DNA of 64,000 nucleotides from NCBI RefSeq assembly GCF_053078305.1, contig NZ_CP166879.1; one strand, 5' to 3'. Shown piece by piece: positions 61,252 to 64,000 of this stretch (position 1 is its first letter; each line of letters starts with the position of its first letter). The notes under the pieces were generated by a model. It saw only the letters and a program-made list of their open reading frames with translations, ran no database searches and was not told where the DNA came from. The position numbers and the translations under genes were made by a program.

Positions 61252-61890
61252 ATGAGTTTATTTGATAAAAAGCATCTGGTTTCCCCCGCCGATGCCCTGC
61301 CTGGACGTAACACCCCGATGCCCGTAGCCACGCTGCATGCGGTCAACGGTCACTCAATGACCAATGTACCTGACGGAATGGAGATTGCCATTTTTGCGAT
61401 GGGTTGTTTCTGGGGTGTGGAGCGTCTGTTCTGGCAGTTACCCGGCGTTTACAGCACCGCCGCAGGCTATACCGGCGGCTATACGCCAAATCCGACTTAT
61501 CGGGAAGTGTGCTCCGGTGATACGGGTCATGCCGAAGCGGTACGCATTGTTTACGATCCTTCCGTCATCAGCTATGAGCAGTTGCTACAGGTATTTTGGG
61601 AGAATCACGATCCCGCCCAGGGAATGCGTCAGGGCAATGACCACGGCACGCAGTATCGTTCAGCGATTTATCCGCTGACCCCAGAACAGGATGCCGCAGC
61701 TCGCGCCAGTCTGGAACGTTTTCAGGCGGCGATGCTTGCCGCCGATGATGATCGTCACATCACCACGGAAATCGCTAACGCCACACCGTTTTATTATGCC
61801 GAAGATGACCACCAGCAATATCTGCATAAAAACCCGTACGGTTACTGCGGAATTGGCGGAATTGGCGTCTGTCTGCCACCGGAAGCATAG
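61252..61890 (+). CDS. msrA: peptide methionine sulfoxide reductase A
   Basis: 212 aa from [20 protein letters not shown] with GCFWG active site. Confidence 0.96.
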
Positions 61891-61934
61891 CGTTACGGGT
61901 ACAAATGTAGATTGTTGATAAAGTGCGTTTTGTT

Positions 61935-62035
61935 TATGCCGGATGCGGCGTAAACGCCTTGCCAGGCCTACAAAATCGTCCAAATTCAATATATTGCAAG
62001 GACTGCGTAGGCCTGATCGGCATAGCGCATCAGGC
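61935..62035. repeat. REP elements
   Basis: gccggatgcggcgtaaacgccttgccaggcctac and tgcgtaggcctgatcggcatagcgcatcaggc units. Confidence 0.75.
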
Positions 62036-62212
62036 AGTTTTGCATTTTTCAGCTGTCTGAATTTTAACCCTCTGGCGGCTTTACAGTACCTTACGCTATA
62101 CTAGCCACTGAAAATGCCGGTTCACTTTCTTCGAATCGGCTTTCAATGTGTATTTCACACAAATTAATCAACTTCCCCTTCCGAGGATCTGGCCTGAAAG
62201 GTCGGATAAGAT

Positions 62213-63556
62213 ATGTTAAACAGTATTTTAGTCATACTCTGCTTGATCGCTGTAAGTGCGTTCTTCTCGATGTCCGAGATCTCGCTTGCCGCCTCACGCA
62301 AAATCAAACTTAAACTGCTGGCTGATGAAGGCAATATAAATGCCCAACGCGTTCTGAATATGCAGGAAAATCCCGGCATGTTCTTTACCGTGGTCCAAAT
62401 CGGTCTGAACGCAGTGGCGATTCTCGGCGGTATCGTCGGTGATGCGGCATTTTCTCCAGCTTTTCACAGCCTGTTCTCCCGCTATATGTCGGCAGAGCTC
62501 TCTGAGCAACTGAGCTTTATTCTCTCTTTCTCGTTAGTGACTGGCATGTTTATCCTGTTTGCGGATTTAACCCCGAAACGCATCGGTATGATTGCGCCAG
62601 AAGCGGTGGCTTTGCGTATCATCAACCCGATGCGCTTCTGCCTGTACGTTTGCACCCCGCTGGTGTGGTTCTTCAACGGCCTGGCGAACATGATCTTCCG
62701 TATTTTCAAACTGCCAATGGTACGTAAAGATGACATCACTTCTGATGACATCTACGCGGTAGTGGAAGCCGGTGCGCTGGCGGGCGTGTTACGTAAACAG
62801 GAACACGAGCTGATTGAAAACGTCTTTGAGCTGGAATCCCGTACCGTTCCGTCTTCAATGACACCGCGTGAAAACGTGATTTGGTTTGATCTCCACGAAG
62901 ATGAGCAAAGTCTGAAAAATAAGGTGGCGGAACATCCGCACTCTAAGTTCCTCGTCTGTAATGAAGATATTGACCACATCATCGGCTATGTCGATTCTAA
63001 AGACCTGCTGAACCGCGTGCTGGCTAACCAAAGCCTGGCACTGAACAGCGGCGTACAAATTCGCAACACGCTGATTGTGCCGGATACGTTAACCCTTTCA
63101 GAGGCGTTGGAAAGTTTTAAAACCGCAGGAGAAGACTTCGCGGTGATCATGAACGAGTACGCGCTGGTAGTGGGGATCATCACCCTCAACGACGTGATGA
63201 CCACGCTGATGGGCGATCTGGTCGGTCAGGGACTGGAAGAGCAGATTGTCGCCCGTGATGAGAACTCATGGCTGATTGACGGCGGCACTCCGATTGACGA
63301 CGTCATGCGCGTGCTGGATATTGACGAGTTCCCGCAGTCGGGCAACTACGAAACCATCGGCGGCTTTATGATGTTTATGCTGCGTAAGATCCCGAAACGC
63401 ACCGATTCGGTGAAATTCGCCGGCTACAAATTTGAAGTGGTGGATATCGATAACTACCGCATCGACCAGCTGCTGGTGACCCGGATCGACAGCAAGGCCA
63501 CAGCCCTTTCGCCAAAACTGCCTGACGCTAAAGATAAAGAAGAAAGCGTCGCGTAA
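62213..63556 (+). CDS. ytfL: inner membrane protein with CNNM/DUF21, CBS and CorC-HlyC domains
   Basis: 447 aa, hydrophobic N-terminus. Confidence 0.93.
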   Translation: MLNSILVILCLIAVSAFFSMSEISLAASRKIKLKLLADEGNINAQRVLNMQENPGMFFTVVQIGLNAVAILGGIVGDAAFSPAFHSLFSRYMSAELSEQLSFILSFSLVTGMFILFADLTPKRIGMIAPEAVALRIINPMRFCLYVCTPLVWFFNGLANMIFRIFKLPMVRKDDITSDDIYAVVEAGALAGVLRKQEHELIENVFELESRTVPSSMTPRENVIWFDLHEDEQSLKNKVAEHPHSKFLVCNEDIDHIIGYVDSKDLLNRVLANQSLALNSGVQIRNTLIVPDTLTLSEALESFKTAGEDFAVIMNEYALVVGIITLNDVMTTLMGDLVGQGLEEQIVARDENSWLIDGGTPIDDVMRVLDIDEFPQSGNYETIGGFMMFMLRKIPKRTDSVKFAGYKFEVVDIDNYRIDQLLVTRIDSKATALSPKLPDAKDKEESVA

Positions 63557-63571
63557 CCCCCATAAACATCA

Positions 63572-63601
63572 ACGGCTCCTGAATCAGGAGCCGTCTTTTT
63601 A
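63572..63601. terminator. hairpin terminator between convergent ytfL and ytfK
   Basis: acggctcctga-atc-aggagccgt hairpin followed by TTTTT. Confidence 0.75.
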
Positions 63602-63617
63602 CTGCATAGCACTTTGG

Positions 63618-63824
63618 TTAAGCCATCTCTGTTTGCAGACGCATAACCTGACGGTTAACTTCGGACATCACTGACAAATGCAGCTTATCCTTCACTTTTG
63701 GGATAAGAATCTTACCCTTATCAAATTCAAAAGCGCCAACGTCCTTGATGTATAACCGTCCACGGAACAGGATCTTTACGTACTTCGCCACCTGAAGTGG
63801 GTTGTACCGTTGGAAAATTTTCAT
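63618..63824 (-). CDS. ytfK: small protein YtfK (DUF1107)
   Basis: 68 aa from [25 protein letters not shown]; track ORF has a 22-codon upstream extension. Confidence 0.9.
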
Positions 63825-64000
63825 TGTTATCTCCTGCTGAGTATTACGCCTGTGCGGTGCCACAATCGGCCCAACTATTATGAGGCGCAAATTTTAATGC
63901 TTAGTGACTATAGACTATCCGGGCAATGTTTCCACCGCGTATAACTTTTTTTACCTAAAGGTTACAATTATTCAGAATTATCTTTTTACCGAAGCGCGGT

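Overview
This window is E. coli chromosome (K-12-like gene order, reverse-complemented relative to the usual map), running from the leuX tRNA-Leu locus to ytfK. Positions 1-6802 are the right-hand end of a P4-like integrative island inserted at leuX: a primase-helicase that runs off the window edge, four small coupled ORFs, a divergent small DNA-binding-like gene with repeated operator-like motifs, an AlpA-like regulator, an AT-rich 212-aa orphan gene and a tyrosine integrase abutting the tRNA. The rest is conserved core: ahr, the idnK/idnDOTR idonate cluster, yjgR, lptGF, pepA, holC, valS, yjgN, yjgM, rraB, argI, yjgL, tabA, bdcR, bdcA, yjgH, pyrLBI, ridA, mgtA with mgtL, treRBC, nrdDG, cybC, pmbA, yjgA, mpl, fbp, the ytfQRT-yjfF ABC transporter, ppa, chpSB, ytfP, tamBA, msrA, ytfL and ytfK, plus several REP/BIME clusters and terminators. 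The best candidates for something undescribed are the orphan 212-aa cargo gene next to the integrase, the repeat-flanked small-gene switch inside the island, and the hexapeptide tandem-repeat array inside AT-rich yjgL. All calls rest on reading the sequence and recalling known E. coli proteins; no database search, alignment or GC calculation was run, so start codons and motif boundaries are approximate, and the primase frame was translated by hand.
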